A stretch of 64,000 bases of DNA from positions 13,860 through 77,859 of the forward strand of contig JANXBW010000014.1 of assembly GCA_025060325.1 (NCBI GenBank), given 5' to 3'. The notes beneath the pieces are model-generated. The model did no database searches, was not told where the DNA came from, and saw only the letters and a list, made by a program, of their open reading frames with translations. Shown piece after piece: positions 50,160-61,802 of the stretch (the first letter of the stretch is position 1; each line of letters begins with the position of its first letter). The translations under genes and the position numbers were made by a program. Source of the DNA: Thermoguttaceae bacterium (GTDB lineage Bacteria > Planctomycetota > Planctomycetia > Pirellulales > Thermoguttaceae).

Positions 50160-52256
50160 ATGCCAGCGTGGGTTAGCACTCGACTGGATCGACCGTTTGA
50201 ATTGGTCAGCCCATTTGAGCCGGCAGGCGATCAACCTAAAGCGATCGCCGAGCTTACGCGCGGCATTCTGGAAGGGCGGAAATACCAGGTGCTGATGGGC
50301 GTGACCGGCTCGGGCAAGACGTTCACGATGGCCAATGTCATTTACAACGTCCAGCGGCCGACACTGGTGATGTCCCACAACAAGACATTGGCCGCCCAGC
50401 TCTATGCCGAATTCAAGCAGTTCTTCCCTCACAACGCGGTGCACTATTTCGTCAGCTATTACGACTATTATCAGCCGGAAGCTTACATTCCTCAACGGGA
50501 CATTTACATCGAGAAGGACGCCTCGATCAACGAAGAGATCGACCGCCTCCGTTTAGCGGCCACGAGTGCCTTGATGTCTCGTCGAGACGTCATCATTGTG
50601 GCGAGCGTATCGTGCATTTACGGGTTGGGTTCGCCGGAGGATTATATTGCTCTAAGTGTCGCCCTTCGCCGAGGCCAGCGGATGGACCGGGATCGGATGC
50701 TGGCCAAGCTTGTGGACATCCAGTACGAGCGAACAGACGTGGAGTGGCGACCGGGGCGGTTTCGTGTTCGGGGCGATTGCGTTGAGGTTTATCCCTCGTA
50801 TGACCAGGTGGCTTACCGCATCGAATTTTGGGGCGACGAGATCGAACAGCTGTCGGAAATCCATCCGGTCTCCGGGCAGGTGGTCCGTCGTTTGGACGAA
50901 CTGTGGATTTATCCGGCAAAACACTTTGTTCTGCCCCAGGATCGCATGGCCCGGGCAATTCGCGAAATTGAGGCCGAGTTGGAAGCCCGGGTAGCAGAAC
51001 TTCGCAGTCAGGGGAAACTGCTAGAAGCACAGCGTCTTCTGGCTCGGACCCGCTACGATCTGGAACTCCTCCAGGAAGTTGGCTATTGCAAGGGGATTGA
51101 AAACTACAGTCGACCCCTTTCCGGCCGGCCACCGGGAACTCCGCCTGATACACTCTTTAGCTTCTTCCCAGATGATTTCCTGCTCTTTGTAGACGAATCC
51201 CACGTCACCGTGCCACAAATTCGGGGCATGTATCACGGAGACCACAGTCGAAAACTCACGCTGGTCGAACACGGCTTCCGCCTGCCAAGTGCCCTTGATA
51301 ACCGACCTCTCACTTTCGAGGAATGGGAGGCCCGAATTAACCAGGTCATTTTCGTCTCTGCAACCCCTGGACCATATGAGCTGCAAAAGGCTGAGGGGCG
51401 AGTAGTCGAGCAAGTCATTCGGCCTACTGGTCTCCTTGACCCAATCATTGAAGTAGCTCCCGCCCAAGGGCAGATCCCCCATTTGATCGAGCAGATTCGA
51501 AAGCGGATCGCTGTAGGGGAGCGGGTTTTGGTGACAACACTTACCAAACGCTTGGCGGAGGACTTGGCGGACTATCTCACACAGCAAAATATCCGCTGCA
51601 AATGGCTCCACAGTGAACTTGATGCCTTTGAGCGGGTGGAAATCCTCCGAGACCTTCGGGCAGGGCGGTTCGATGTGGTGGTGGGGGTTAATCTCCTGCG
51701 AGAGGGACTCGATTTGCCGGAGGTCTCCCTGGTGGCCATCCTCGATGCCGACAAAGAGGGATTCCTCCGAAGCGAAACGTCGCTAATCCAAACCATCGGC
51801 CGGTCTGCACGAAATGTGAATGCCACGGTTATTCTTTACGCAGACCGAGTTACCGACTCAATGCAACGGGCGATCGAGGAGACCCGTCGGCGCCGCAAGA
51901 TGCAGGAGGAATACAACCGGAAGCATGGCATAACGCCGGAGACGATCCGCAAGGCCATCCAGGCCGGCATCGAGGCCGAGGCCGAAGCGCGACGCATCGC
52001 TTACGCGGCGGCGGGGGTCACTGACGAAACCAGGATTATCACGCAGGAATATCTCGAAGAATTGGAAAAGGAAATGCTGGCCGCGGCGGAGGCCTTGGAA
52101 TTCGAGCGAGCGGCGGCTCTGCGCGACCGCATCGAACAGCTACGTGACCAAATCGGCAGACCTCTGTCTGAAGCGACACTTGTCCCCTATAAACGTGGAG
52201 GGCGCCGGAGCCGGCGGCGATCGACCGGCGGGTCCTCGCGAAGGGCAAGTCGATAA
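50160..52256 (+). CDS. uvrB: Excinuclease ABC subunit B
   Basis: Blocks are [10 protein letters not shown], the Walker A motif [24 protein letters not shown], helicase motifs, and the C-terminal UVR motif [17 protein letters not shown]. Confidence 0.95.
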   Translation: MPAWVSTRLDRPFELVSPFEPAGDQPKAIAELTRGILEGRKYQVLMGVTGSGKTFTMANVIYNVQRPTLVMSHNKTLAAQLYAEFKQFFPHNAVHYFVSYYDYYQPEAYIPQRDIYIEKDASINEEIDRLRLAATSALMSRRDVIIVASVSCIYGLGSPEDYIALSVALRRGQRMDRDRMLAKLVDIQYERTDVEWRPGRFRVRGDCVEVYPSYDQVAYRIEFWGDEIEQLSEIHPVSGQVVRRLDELWIYPAKHFVLPQDRMARAIREIEAELEARVAELRSQGKLLEAQRLLARTRYDLELLQEVGYCKGIENYSRPLSGRPPGTPPDTLFSFFPDDFLLFVDESHVTVPQIRGMYHGDHSRKLTLVEHGFRLPSALDNRPLTFEEWEARINQVIFVSATPGPYELQKAEGRVVEQVIRPTGLLDPIIEVAPAQGQIPHLIEQIRKRIAVGERVLVTTLTKRLAEDLADYLTQQNIRCKWLHSELDAFERVEILRDLRAGRFDVVVGVNLLREGLDLPEVSLVAILDADKEGFLRSETSLIQTIGRSARNVNATVILYADRVTDSMQRAIEETRRRRKMQEEYNRKHGITPETIRKAIQAGIEAEAEARRIAYAAAGVTDETRIITQEYLEELEKEMLAAAEALEFERAAALRDRIEQLRDQIGRPLSEATLVPYKRGGRRSRRRSTGGSSRRASR

Positions 52257-52550
52257 AGTCCCCTATGCCGGCCCGCGGCGCTTCTCGCGACAACCGGGCG
52301 GTAGGACCGGCTGGACTTAGAAATGGCCTGCCGGTGCGATTAGTCCATTCGACTTAATTGTTTTCTCGGCACCGGACAGCTTTCCCGCGGTTTGGTGGGT
52401 GGTTCGGCCGACCGGAAAAAACCGGTTGCTGATGGGTAGCGTACGTGAAAATAATGCCCGCATCGCGTTGTCGCCATAAAGGGACAAGACCCCAGCGAGT
52501 AAGGCAATTACAGAAAGATTTTCGGACCTCCAAGCGGCCTTTCCTGACTT

Positions 52551-53969
52551 ATGATTTCCCCCGTGAGTGTGCCTCAAGCGAGATTGCAATCAGGGACGCT
52601 TTTGTCTTCCGACCCCTTCGCAGGGCGCCGGTACGGTCCGCGCTTCTGGGTCGCTTACGTCGCCAATTTTTTAACGTGTATTGCCACTAACACACTCATC
52701 CGCTATGCGGACTTTGTCCGGGAACTAGGCGGATCAGCCTGGGAACTAGGCTGGATAGTTGGTATAGGGACGGTGGGCAGCCTGGCCGTCCGGTTTATCC
52801 TTGGCGAGGCCACGGATCGGCACGGGGCGCAGAAGGTGTGGGTCGGCTCACTCCTCCTTTTTGCGTTGGCTTGCTTTGCCCACCTAGGGATAAATGATCC
52901 CACCGGTTTCCCGATTTACTTTTGGCGGCTGGTGTTTTGTAGTGCGATTGCCGGCATCTTTGGAGCGTCAACCACCTTTATTTCCCAAGGGGCGGGCCCG
53001 GCCCGGATGGCCGAGTTAATCGGTATGCTCGGTACCTCGGGATTTCTCGGGGTAATCGTGGGGACTCAGCTTGGCGATCAGATCGTAGTCGGGTGGCGGC
53101 AGACCCGACTTATTTTCGTGGCCGGAGGCGCGCTGGCCTTGATGGCGGCCGTCTTTGCCTTGGCAGCCACCGCCGGAACAGCCACCGTCCGTAGCTCCCG
53201 CCGAATATCGAGCTGGCGAGTCCTCCGACGCTTTTCCCACTATTCGCTCATTGTCCTCGGAATCGGTATGGGGATGGGGCTAGGACTCCCCCCGGTGTTT
53301 CTCCCCGCATTGGCCCACAGCTTAGGCATTGAGCGGGTGGGCATCTTTTTTGCCGTTTACGCTCCGGTGGCCGTCATCGCCCGCGTTGCCACACGGGGAC
53401 TTTTCGGGCGATACGACCTGAGGTATTTGGCCGTCGGCAGCATGCTCCTACTGGGCGTCGCACATTTCTCTTTGCTCTTTGTTCAAAGCGAGTGGTCCCT
53501 GGGCTTGCCGGCTCTCATTTTCGGAGTTGCCCATGCCGTCATTTATCCCACGGTGGTGGCATTAGGGACTACCAGATTCCCGGAGCGCTGCCGCGGTCTC
53601 GGGACGAGTCTGATGATGGCAGCCTCCGACCTGGGAATGGTAGTGGGAGCACCGCTTGCTTCCTCGTTGCTTGCCTTTGGTTCATGGGTTGGGTGGGCGC
53701 CGTATCCCACGATGCTCGTGACGGTCAGCGTTATCCTCTGTTTGACCGCGACATTCTTTGGCCTGACGGGACCGAAGCCCCGTTGCCGGGTGAGACGGAG
53801 GCAACTTTCCGAAGTCCAACCCATCGACGGAGCAGTCTGTCCCGCCGCTCAAGCGCGGGCAATGCCTCAGCCCGCGGCAAGCTTAGCACCGGAAAAGTCC
53901 ACACCCACTCCTCCCGCTGGAAAGTTGCGTAAAGAACGCCCTGCATCCAAGCCGGTAGTGGCCAAGTAA
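52551..53969 (+). CDS. MFS transporter
   Basis: 472 aa with about 12 hydrophobic segments. An MFS-like loop motif GEATDRHGAQK follows TM2. The C-terminal tail is hydrophilic and Pro/Ala-rich. Confidence 0.7.
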   Translation: MISPVSVPQARLQSGTLLSSDPFAGRRYGPRFWVAYVANFLTCIATNTLIRYADFVRELGGSAWELGWIVGIGTVGSLAVRFILGEATDRHGAQKVWVGSLLLFALACFAHLGINDPTGFPIYFWRLVFCSAIAGIFGASTTFISQGAGPARMAELIGMLGTSGFLGVIVGTQLGDQIVVGWRQTRLIFVAGGALALMAAVFALAATAGTATVRSSRRISSWRVLRRFSHYSLIVLGIGMGMGLGLPPVFLPALAHSLGIERVGIFFAVYAPVAVIARVATRGLFGRYDLRYLAVGSMLLLGVAHFSLLFVQSEWSLGLPALIFGVAHAVIYPTVVALGTTRFPERCRGLGTSLMMAASDLGMVVGAPLASSLLAFGSWVGWAPYPTMLVTVSVILCLTATFFGLTGPKPRCRVRRRQLSEVQPIDGAVCPAAQARAMPQPAASLAPEKSTPTPPAGKLRKERPASKPVVAK

Positions 53970-54196
53970 ATCGTGAAGAACCAGTCTTGGCTCTGGCCGA
54001 CACACCCCGACCGGCAATTAAGCGCGAGCGGCCCCGGAGTGATCAATCGTGTTTTTGGGGGCCGGCAATCCACTCGGCAATCAAGCGGGCTTGGAAACGC
54101 CGTAAATGCCTCCCGGGCACACCGCGCAGCTTCTGCTTCCCCAAAGATGGTGGTCCAGCCGGAGAAGGCATTCCCAATTAAACCTATTGGCCCCGG

Positions 54197-55162
54197 TTAT
54201 GACTCCGCTCGGGTGCCGCACGCAATTTCCCGATAATACCCGATCGATCGGCGGAGGCCTTCTATGAGACTTGTGACCGGCTCAAAACCGAGGATTTGCC
54301 GAGCGAGAGTGATGTCGGCCATGCTGTGGCGAATGTCTCCCGGCCGAGGGGGGGCGAAAATCGGGGCTATTTCTTGATCTAAGATCTCCTCAAGCACCCC
54401 CAGAAGCTCAAGCAGACTGACGGCTCGACCAGTGGCGATGTTGAAAACTCGGCCTGCTGCTGCCGGATTTTCCATTGCCAAGAGATTGGCTCGGACGACA
54501 TCGCCAACGAAGGTGAAGTCTCTTGACTGTCGGCCATCACCATAAATAGTGGGCTGACTGCCGCGAACAATCGCGGTGATAAACCGGGGGATCACCGCCG
54601 CATAGGGGCTTTCCGGGTCTTGTCTGGGGCCAAAGACGTTGAAATACCTAAGGGCCACTGTCTCCAGACCGTACGTGGCGTAGAAAGCCAAACAGTAAAT
54701 TTCGCCGGCCAACTTGGCCGCTCCGTAAGGAGAGATCGGCTGGGGCAAGTCAGTCTCGCGTTTTGCCGCCGTTGGTTGGTCGCCGTAAACCGCCGACGAA
54801 CTTGCATATATCACTCGCCGGACTCCAGCTCGCCGGGCGGCATCCAAGATGGTGACAGTGCCCGTGGCACAGGCCGCATGGCTTTCCAAAGGGGCCTCGA
54901 CACTTCGCGGCACAGAGGCAAGCGCAGCTATATGAAAGACATAGTCCACACCATGCATCAGATCGTTGACCAGCGACTCGTCGCATACATCACCAGCGAC
55001 AAACTCGATATTCCTCAAGACTCGCTCAAGATTGCTAAGCTTGCCAGTACTTAAGTTATCAATTACCCGAACGATATGTCCCCGCTCGACAAGCGCTTCG
55101 ACCAGGTGAGACCCGATAAACCCAGCTCCGCCTGTGACAAGACAGATGGCCATCTCGCCCAA
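54197..55162 (-). CDS. NAD-dependent epimerase/dehydratase (extended SDR; UDP-sugar 4-epimerase-like)
   Basis: Rossmann motif VTGGAGFIGSHL, catalytic YGAAKLAGE (YxxxK), plus RYFNVFGPRQ. Substrate specificity cannot be assigned from sequence by eye. Confidence 0.85.
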   Translation of the reverse strand: MGEMAICLVTGGAGFIGSHLVEALVERGHIVRVIDNLSTGKLSNLERVLRNIEFVAGDVCDESLVNDLMHGVDYVFHIAALASVPRSVEAPLESHAACATGTVTILDAARRAGVRRVIYASSSAVYGDQPTAAKRETDLPQPISPYGAAKLAGEIYCLAFYATYGLETVALRYFNVFGPRQDPESPYAAVIPRFITAIVRGSQPTIYGDGRQSRDFTFVGDVVRANLLAMENPAAAGRVFNIATGRAVSLLELLGVLEEILDQEIAPIFAPPRPGDIRHSMADITLARQILGFEPVTSLIEGLRRSIGYYREIACGTRAES

Positions 55163-55689
55163 TCCTCTTCACGATAGCCGAGGGGTGATCTCCCGCGACG
55201 TCGAAATACGGAGACAAAATGTTGCCAATTCGCTCAGGATGCCTACCCGGAAAGGGTTGGCTATCCCCCACCAAAGACTCTGGCAATGGCTGTGCCGGAA
55301 AGATTCTGCCTGCCCCGTTGCTGGTGCAGCGGTGTATTTAGGCGAGGCCCGCCGCGCCACCCTCGCACTGGTCCGAAGCATGATTTTTGTAGCCGCCTGA
55401 GAGTGAGGTCATTTGCTTCCCCCGTGGGACAGGGGGATGGACCGCCCGTGATGCTCCCTTTTGTTCTCGCGCCGAGCCCTTCCACACAAACTTAGCTCGC
55501 TTTTGCCAACAGCCTCCTAGCCCAATGGCATATCGATCTAAGCCCAATTCAATAAGCGAGCCTACTGACCTCGTCAGTGATCCCACCACCGTATCTACCG
55601 ACCACTCGGATCAACTCTTATTGTGGAGTGCACTCCCTACCCGCCAGCCCACTCCCTTTGATAAAGTAAACAAATCTGTTACGAGCGAC

Positions 55690-56751
55690 TCAAAAGCCAC
55701 CGCCGATTGCCTGCATATAGTAGGACAATAACCGCATGATAAAGTAAATGATCATTCCTGCCACTAACGCCCAGACTAGCCAGGCGCCAATGATCGACAG
55801 CTGCCTAAAGAAAAACACGGACTCCTCATTCAGCTGGCGAGCCAATCGGTCCATTGCCTCAGGCAGCTCCCCGGCCGATTCGCCAGATTCCATTAGTTCG
55901 AGGAACTCGGCGGGAAATCCCCCAGCCTGCCGAAACGCCTCGGTCAAGCTCGCACCAGAGCGTACCAGAGTGGTAATCGGGGCTATCTTCTCCAGATACT
56001 CGGCGTGACGAGTGCTGCGCAAGCTAAGATCAACAGCTTTGTAAACGCTAAGTCCCACCCCCAAAGTCCGCGCAAGTGCCCAAGCGATCTGGGCCAAATA
56101 CCACGTTCCGAGTGCCTTGCCGACTAGGGGGATTCGCAACAGTAACTTCTGAAAAGGCCCTACCCATTCCGCTCCCCGCACCATCGCCCGCACCACGAAG
56201 AAAGTGGATAGACCAAGGATCCCCACGATCATGAAATAAATCACAAATCCTGTCCGTCCCTTAAGACCAAGCCCCAGCGGATCAGCCTCTATCCCTCGCG
56301 CAGCAGTAATTTCGCCGTGAATTAAGATAAACGCCCCGATAACCAACAAAGCGATAACAAGTTCGGCTAAGGCCGGGGTAATTGCACCGAGAAAACCCCG
56401 GAGCATATTTCGCCGGTCCTGATAGAGCTTGGCCAACTCGAGAAGAGTTTCTGCCAAATTTCCCGTGGTCTCACCGATTCCAACAAGCTCCACAAAAAGC
56501 GCAGGGAAGAAATCGTCACACTCACGCAGAGCTTGGTAGAAGCTTTCACCCTCTGCAATGCGCTTGTTAATCGCCGCCAGGTACTGACGAAAAACCAGAC
56601 TGTAACTGGCTGTCGATTCCCGCTCCAAAGCTTGTTTCAAACTTAGCCCCGATTGCAAACTCAGACCCACTCGAAAAGCGAATTGCTCAAGTTGCGCTGC
56701 AGAAGCTCGGGGCCGAAGGATCACGCTTAAAAAATCCTTAGAATGCTCCAC
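55690..56751 (-). CDS. Type II secretion system F family protein (GspF/PilC-like)
   Basis: 353 aa with two repeated T2SSF-like halves. The blocks are SLKQALERE...FPALFVELVGIGETTGNLAETL and SLTEAFRQAGGFPAEFLELMESGESAGELPEAM, with TM segments between them. Confidence 0.75.
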   Translation of the reverse strand: MEHSKDFLSVILRPRASAAQLEQFAFRVGLSLQSGLSLKQALERESTASYSLVFRQYLAAINKRIAEGESFYQALRECDDFFPALFVELVGIGETTGNLAETLLELAKLYQDRRNMLRGFLGAITPALAELVIALLVIGAFILIHGEITAARGIEADPLGLGLKGRTGFVIYFMIVGILGLSTFFVVRAMVRGAEWVGPFQKLLLRIPLVGKALGTWYLAQIAWALARTLGVGLSVYKAVDLSLRSTRHAEYLEKIAPITTLVRSGASLTEAFRQAGGFPAEFLELMESGESAGELPEAMDRLARQLNEESVFFFRQLSIIGAWLVWALVAGMIIYFIMRLLSYYMQAIGGGF

Positions 56752-56924
56752 TGCCGCTTACTCCTGCCCAGCCTTTGCGGAAGCTCTTCCGCGGAGCTGT
56801 TCACCGAAAGCTTGCCACCGCTTTTTTACGAACACAAAAACCGCCCCCTTGCCAGGAGGTACTTCTCCGCCGAGTCCTTCCCGGCAGAACTGCCCAAGCT
56901 GGCCTTGCTGAGGGGCGGTGAGGT

Positions 56925-58499
56925 TTACAGAAATTTAAACAAGACGGCGGTTTGATCGTCCCGCGCCGGCTCGCCGCGGCAGAACTCCTTTACCCGACGG
57001 AATAGCTCATCCAAAATCGCCTGGGAAGGCAGATGGTGGCATTCGCGCAGGATATCGTAAATGCGATGCTTGCCGAACGCCTCGCCCTCCGGGTTGGTCG
57101 CCTCCCAAATGCCATCAGTCGTCAATAGCATCAAATCATTCTTGTTGAAGTGCACCTTAGGCCCCAGACGGAAGCGCTCGCCCGGAAGGATCCCCAAAGC
57201 CAAACCAGTGCTCTGGAGCTCTTCGAACACACCCCGGTCGGGGCGATAGATGATCGGCGGATCATGTCCCGCGTTGACGTATTCCATCGTCCGCTCATTG
57301 GTGTCGATAAGCGCGTAGAACATTGTGATGAAGCGGTCGTCCTCCGTCGTTCGCTCAAGGAGGTTATTGAGCAAGTACATCATGTGTTCGGGATCTTCCG
57401 TGTACTGCTCCAGCGTATTGAGCATCGCTTTGGCGGAGGACATAACAATCGCCGGGCCAACGCCGTGGGCGGAGACGTCTCCGATCGAGACACCCAATTT
57501 GCCGCTGCGCGGTCGGCTGAAATCGAAAAGATCCCCGCCAATATCGGCGCAGAACTCGATCCGAGCGGCAATATCCATCCCTTCGATCTTGGGTGGCCGG
57601 TCCGGCAGCATGGTTAGCTGCACACCCCGGGCAATCCGCATTTCCTGTTGGACCCGCTCGTTTTGCAGCCGCTCTTCCTCCAGACGTTTCCGCGTGGTGA
57701 TATCCCGGATGATCGCAATGAGAGCAGCCTCCTGGCCTCGAGCATCCCGGGTCTTGGTGACCGAGACCTCAAGGAAGATCTCCTCACCGTCGGGAAAGCG
57801 AAGTTTAACCTCCCGGTCCCGAATGTGACCGACCGTTCGGAGTTGCTCCTTGATGGCAGGGATATCCTCCTGCGGGAAAAGAAGGGTGAACATGTCCTCG
57901 CCTAGGGCTTCCAACCCGGGAAGGCGGAAGATCCGCTCCGCCCCCTCGTTAAACATCATGATCACCCCATCCAAGTCCGCGGTGATAATGGCGTCACCGG
58001 AAATCGCCAGGACGGTGTCCAGATAAACCCGCAGGTAGTTGATGTTCTCCCGAGTTTGCTCTTTGTCGGAAATATCAGTAATGACGCCGATATAGTGATC
58101 TTCCTGCGCGGCGGTCGAAAATATCAGCCGGGCCGGAAATGTTGCGCCCGTCACCCGCATCAACTCCGCGGTCGTTTCCGCCTTCGATCGGCCCTTTAGC
58201 TCGCGAAGAAACTTCTCGCCTTCCTCGGCCCGCTGGAAAAGCTGCGGCAACCGCATCCGCCCCACCACCCCCTCGGCCGGATATCCGAAAAGCCGCTCGC
58301 TACTGGAAGGCCAGCCCCGAATAATCCCCTCACGATCGATATACGCGATACACGAGTAGACCTCCTGCAGAAGGCCCCCTAGCACCTCCAATACTCGCTG
58401 GATTACACGATGGTCCCGGCCTTCTTCGGGAATTTCCGGTGGCATGCCTGAGCTTCCCTTGCGCGATGGAATGGATACGTGGTACGGATAATGCCACAA
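56925..58499 (-). CDS. PAS-domain-containing PP2C/SpoIIE-family protein phosphatase
   Basis: Two PAS-like segments (GIIRGWPSSSERLFGYPAEGVVG; ITADLDGVIMMFNEGAERIF). The C-terminal SpoIIE-type domain has GGDLFDF, GDVSAHGVGPAIVMS, YVNAGHDPP, LLTTDGIWEA and DDQTAVLFK. Confidence 0.8.
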   Translation of the reverse strand: MWHYPYHVSIPSRKGSSGMPPEIPEEGRDHRVIQRVLEVLGGLLQEVYSCIAYIDREGIIRGWPSSSERLFGYPAEGVVGRMRLPQLFQRAEEGEKFLRELKGRSKAETTAELMRVTGATFPARLIFSTAAQEDHYIGVITDISDKEQTRENINYLRVYLDTVLAISGDAIITADLDGVIMMFNEGAERIFRLPGLEALGEDMFTLLFPQEDIPAIKEQLRTVGHIRDREVKLRFPDGEEIFLEVSVTKTRDARGQEAALIAIIRDITTRKRLEEERLQNERVQQEMRIARGVQLTMLPDRPPKIEGMDIAARIEFCADIGGDLFDFSRPRSGKLGVSIGDVSAHGVGPAIVMSSAKAMLNTLEQYTEDPEHMMYLLNNLLERTTEDDRFITMFYALIDTNERTMEYVNAGHDPPIIYRPDRGVFEELQSTGLALGILPGERFRLGPKVHFNKNDLMLLTTDGIWEATNPEGEAFGKHRIYDILRECHHLPSQAILDELFRRVKEFCRGEPARDDQTAVLFKFL

Positions 58500-59012
58500 A
58501 AAACTAATCGACGAAGTGGAGATCGATACAGATTTTAACGTGGTTCCCCCACGGATAAATACGTAGAGGTCCGACGGTTCCGCAAAGCTTCGCCCCGATT
58601 TTGGGTAACCAAGTGGGTCCCCTGCTATTTCCTAACTTAGCGGCAGGAAATGACGGCTTGGATGGGAAAACTTATCGATCAAGCTTACAACCTCGTTTGA
58701 CAAGCTCCCAGGCAATCAGGCCGGTGCGAACCCACGTAATCGCCGACGGATTCTCTCGCAAAGCATCCCGGGGCGATTCGCATATCCAAGCCTAAAAAAA
58801 GCGGTTGAACCGGACCTATCGGAGGAAGATTCCGGCCTTTGTCTTAGACGGCACTAACCCCTCAGACGGACCGGTTAACTAACGGCTAGCCGAGGGAAGC
58901 TGCCAGGAATCCGACGAAAACAACTCGGGGACTTAGCCCGCCCAGAACAGAGACCCAGAGCACGCTTTAAGCGGTTTCAACTGGCCCTGGGGCACCTTGG
59001 CCGGCCAATTTT

Positions 59013-59891
59013 CTATCCGAAGCGGCCAGTGATATAAGCCTCGGTGGTCCTCAACTTGGGCCGGCTAAAAACTTCCACCGTCGGGCCGAATTCCAGCAAT
59101 CGGCCCATATAGAGAAGGGCGGTAAAATCGCTCACCCGGGAGGCCTGCTGCATATTGTGTGTGACAATCACCAACGTGTACCGCCCCGCCAAGCTGTCGA
59201 AGAGATCCTCGATTTTGGCCGTGGCGACCGGATCAAGTGCAGAACATGGCTCATCGAGAAGCAGAACTTCCGGGTCGCCAGCAATTGCCCGGGCAATACA
59301 TAACCGTTGCTGCTGGCCACCGGAAAGCTCCAGGGCACTTTTGTGCAAACGGTCGTAAACTTCCTCCCACAAGGCAGCGGCTTCAAGAGTCCGCCGGCAG
59401 ACTTGCTCCATTACAGCCCGATTTCGCACGCCGTCAATCCGCAGGGGATAGACCACGTTTTCGAACACACTCATCGGAAACGGATTAGGCTTCTGGAAAA
59501 CCATTCCCATCCGCTTCCGAAGCTCAATAACATCCTGCGAGGGAGAAAAGATAGACTGCCCGTCGACGCGGATGTCGCCTTCATATCGCACCCCATCTAG
59601 CAGGTCGTTCATACGGTTAAAAGAGCGAATCAGGCTCGACTTCCCGCAGCCACTCGGGCCGATTATCGCGGTGACCTTGCCCCGGGGAATTGCCATCGTG
59701 ATGTTGTACAGAACCTGCTTTGTCCCGTACCACAGGCTGAAGTTGTCCACCTCAATAATCGGTGATTCCTTAAGCACGGCCGGATGAATCACCGGGGCGT
59801 GCTTGAGGTCCTCTTCAAATAATTCGCGTTGAAGGGCTTCCCACGAGCCGGTCTCAGGTGGTCGCGTCGACGCGTGTGACACGGTCAACAA
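59013..59891 (-). CDS. pstB: Phosphate ABC transporter ATP-binding protein
   Basis: Walker A GPSGCGKSS, signature LSGGQQQRLCIARA and Walker B LLLDEPCSALDP. The PstB-typical C-terminus is TEAYITGRFG. It has an N-terminal extension of about 40 aa. Confidence 0.95.
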   Translation of the reverse strand: MLTVSHASTRPPETGSWEALQRELFEEDLKHAPVIHPAVLKESPIIEVDNFSLWYGTKQVLYNITMAIPRGKVTAIIGPSGCGKSSLIRSFNRMNDLLDGVRYEGDIRVDGQSIFSPSQDVIELRKRMGMVFQKPNPFPMSVFENVVYPLRIDGVRNRAVMEQVCRRTLEAAALWEEVYDRLHKSALELSGGQQQRLCIARAIAGDPEVLLLDEPCSALDPVATAKIEDLFDSLAGRYTLVIVTHNMQQASRVSDFTALLYMGRLLEFGPTVEVFSRPKLRTTEAYITGRFG

Positions 59892-60008
59892 TCCTCAGCT
59901 TGCGCTTGGCAATTCTTCAGGCTTAATCTCAGCCGAACTGAAATTTGCGCCTTGTCTACCGTGGTCGCTCTTGCTTTCCAACGTTTTAGGTAAGCCAGCC
60001 CTCGCGGG

Positions 60009-61802
60009 TCAGAATCTTGCCCCGAGGAACCGCCGCCGCAGCCGGGCCCGCAAGTAAATGGCCGCCAAATTGAGGGTAAAAATGATCAGCACGAGGAGCA
60101 AAGCCGTGGCGAAAACCATAGGCCGCGCAGCTTCGGCGTTTTGACTCTGAAAGCCAAGATCGTAAATATGGAACCCAAGGTGCATGAAGCTTCGCTCAGG
60201 ATGAAAGAAGGGAAACTCTCCGTCGACGGGGAGTTCGGGCGCCAGTTTGACAACACCCACCAGCATAAGGGGTGCCACCTCGCCGGCCCCCCGAGCCATG
60301 GCCAAAATCATCCCGGTCAGGACTCCCGGCATCGCCTGGGGCAACACGACCCGGCGAATTGTCTGCCACTTGGTCGCCCCGCAGGCCAGCGATCCTTCAC
60401 GAACCGAGTTGGGCACCGCTGCTAATGCCTCTTCGGTAGCCACGATCACCACCGGTAGCGTCAAAAGCGCCAAAGTCAGCGATGCCCAGAGGATGCCACC
60501 AGAGCCAAAGGTGGGGGATGGTAAACGGGCGGCATAGAAGAGCTGATCGATACTGGCCCCGACCGTATAGCAGAAAAATCCCAGCCCAAAAACCCCGAAG
60601 ACTATGCTCGGCACTCCCGCCAAGTTGTTGACTGCAATCCGCACGGCACTAACTACCAGGCCGGCCTTGGCATATTCCCGCAAATAGATAGCCGCCACCA
60701 CGCCAAAAGGTGCGACCCCGAGCGCCATGAGAAGCGTCATCAACACTGTGCCGAAAATGGCGGGAAAAACACCGCCTTCGCTATTGGCCTCCCGAGGTTC
60801 GTCACTGACAAATTCCCAAAGCCGGGCAAGATATACCCGAAATTTTCCCCACCAGTTCAAACGATTGGGCAGATAGGCACGGACGATCTCGCCCACAGGT
60901 AGGGAGGCCTCCTTGCCGTCGGCTGTCTTGACCTGGATAGCCCACCGCCCGATTTCTTCCCGAAGCTTTGTGATTTTTGCCTCTACGGTTGCCGCCTGAG
61001 CCTCCAGCGCGGCTTGCTCGGCCTGCCAGCGGCGGCGAGCTTCGTCTGCTTCCGCCGAGTCCTCTCCATAGCGAAGCTCCACTTCCCGACAACTCAGCCG
61101 CGCTTCCTCCATGCGGCGATTAATTCGCCCTAAATCCACACGTTCGAGCCTTCGAAGCTCGCCCCACAGGGACAGCACCTGAGGATGCGCACGCTCAAAC
61201 TCCTGCCAAACCTGTGCCACGCCTTCGGCAACAATCTTTCCGTCCACAACAAATGCAGCGGGAAAGCCATAAAATCTTCCCCACGCACGGCGCTCAAAAA
61301 CGGCGATATCCGAAGGCAGATTCCGACTCGCGCCGGCGATTTCAAACTCGCTCACCCAGCGAAAATGTTCCCCGGTGAGCTCGTAATTGCCAATTCGGAC
61401 CAAATAGCGGCGGACCGCCCCCTGTTGACGAATAGCTTGGAAAGCTCGCTCTTTGAGCACCTCCGGCAACTCGTTTAATGCCTGCTTCTCCGGAACATAG
61501 CGCTCGCTGCGAACGATCTCGCCGCAGACCACCTCGCCAGTTTCCAGCTGAAGCGAAACAACCTCTCGGGGCCAAAAAGCAAGGAGGCCCTCTATCGCGA
61601 TATAACCTAAAAGGACAGTGACCATTCCCAACGCGATCAGCAATGCCCCACCCATGAGCCACAAGCCAGGCTCATTGTAGGCGGCGGCAATCCAAGCCGC
61701 TCCCCGAACCACGCGGGCAGAAGCCGGGTGCTCCGGCTGGTCGTAAACCGACGCAAGCCGGTGTGCTACCGCTTGTGAATCCACAGGGTTGCCAGGATCC
61801 AT
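60009..61802 (-). CDS. pstA: Phosphate ABC transporter permease PstA (long form with large insertion after TM1)
   Basis: The C-terminal permease core carries the PstA-type motif ARGAGEVAPLMLVG. Its position between pstC and pstB fits. A soluble insertion of about 330 aa after the first TM includes a coiled-coil-like stretch RRWQAEQAALEAQAATVEAKITKLREEIGRW. Confidence 0.85.
   Translation of the reverse strand: MDPGNPVDSQAVAHRLASVYDQPEHPASARVVRGAAWIAAAYNEPGLWLMGGALLIALGMVTVLLGYIAIEGLLAFWPREVVSLQLETGEVVCGEIVRSERYVPEKQALNELPEVLKERAFQAIRQQGAVRRYLVRIGNYELTGEHFRWVSEFEIAGASRNLPSDIAVFERRAWGRFYGFPAAFVVDGKIVAEGVAQVWQEFERAHPQVLSLWGELRRLERVDLGRINRRMEEARLSCREVELRYGEDSAEADEARRRWQAEQAALEAQAATVEAKITKLREEIGRWAIQVKTADGKEASLPVGEIVRAYLPNRLNWWGKFRVYLARLWEFVSDEPREANSEGGVFPAIFGTVLMTLLMALGVAPFGVVAAIYLREYAKAGLVVSAVRIAVNNLAGVPSIVFGVFGLGFFCYTVGASIDQLFYAARLPSPTFGSGGILWASLTLALLTLPVVIVATEEALAAVPNSVREGSLACGATKWQTIRRVVLPQAMPGVLTGMILAMARGAGEVAPLMLVGVVKLAPELPVDGEFPFFHPERSFMHLGFHIYDLGFQSQNAEAARPMVFATALLLVLIIFTLNLAAIYLRARLRRRFLGARF

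Noticed and set aside
50593-51611. Minus-strand ORFs of 186 and 196 aa
   Set aside because: They are antisense shadows within uvrB.
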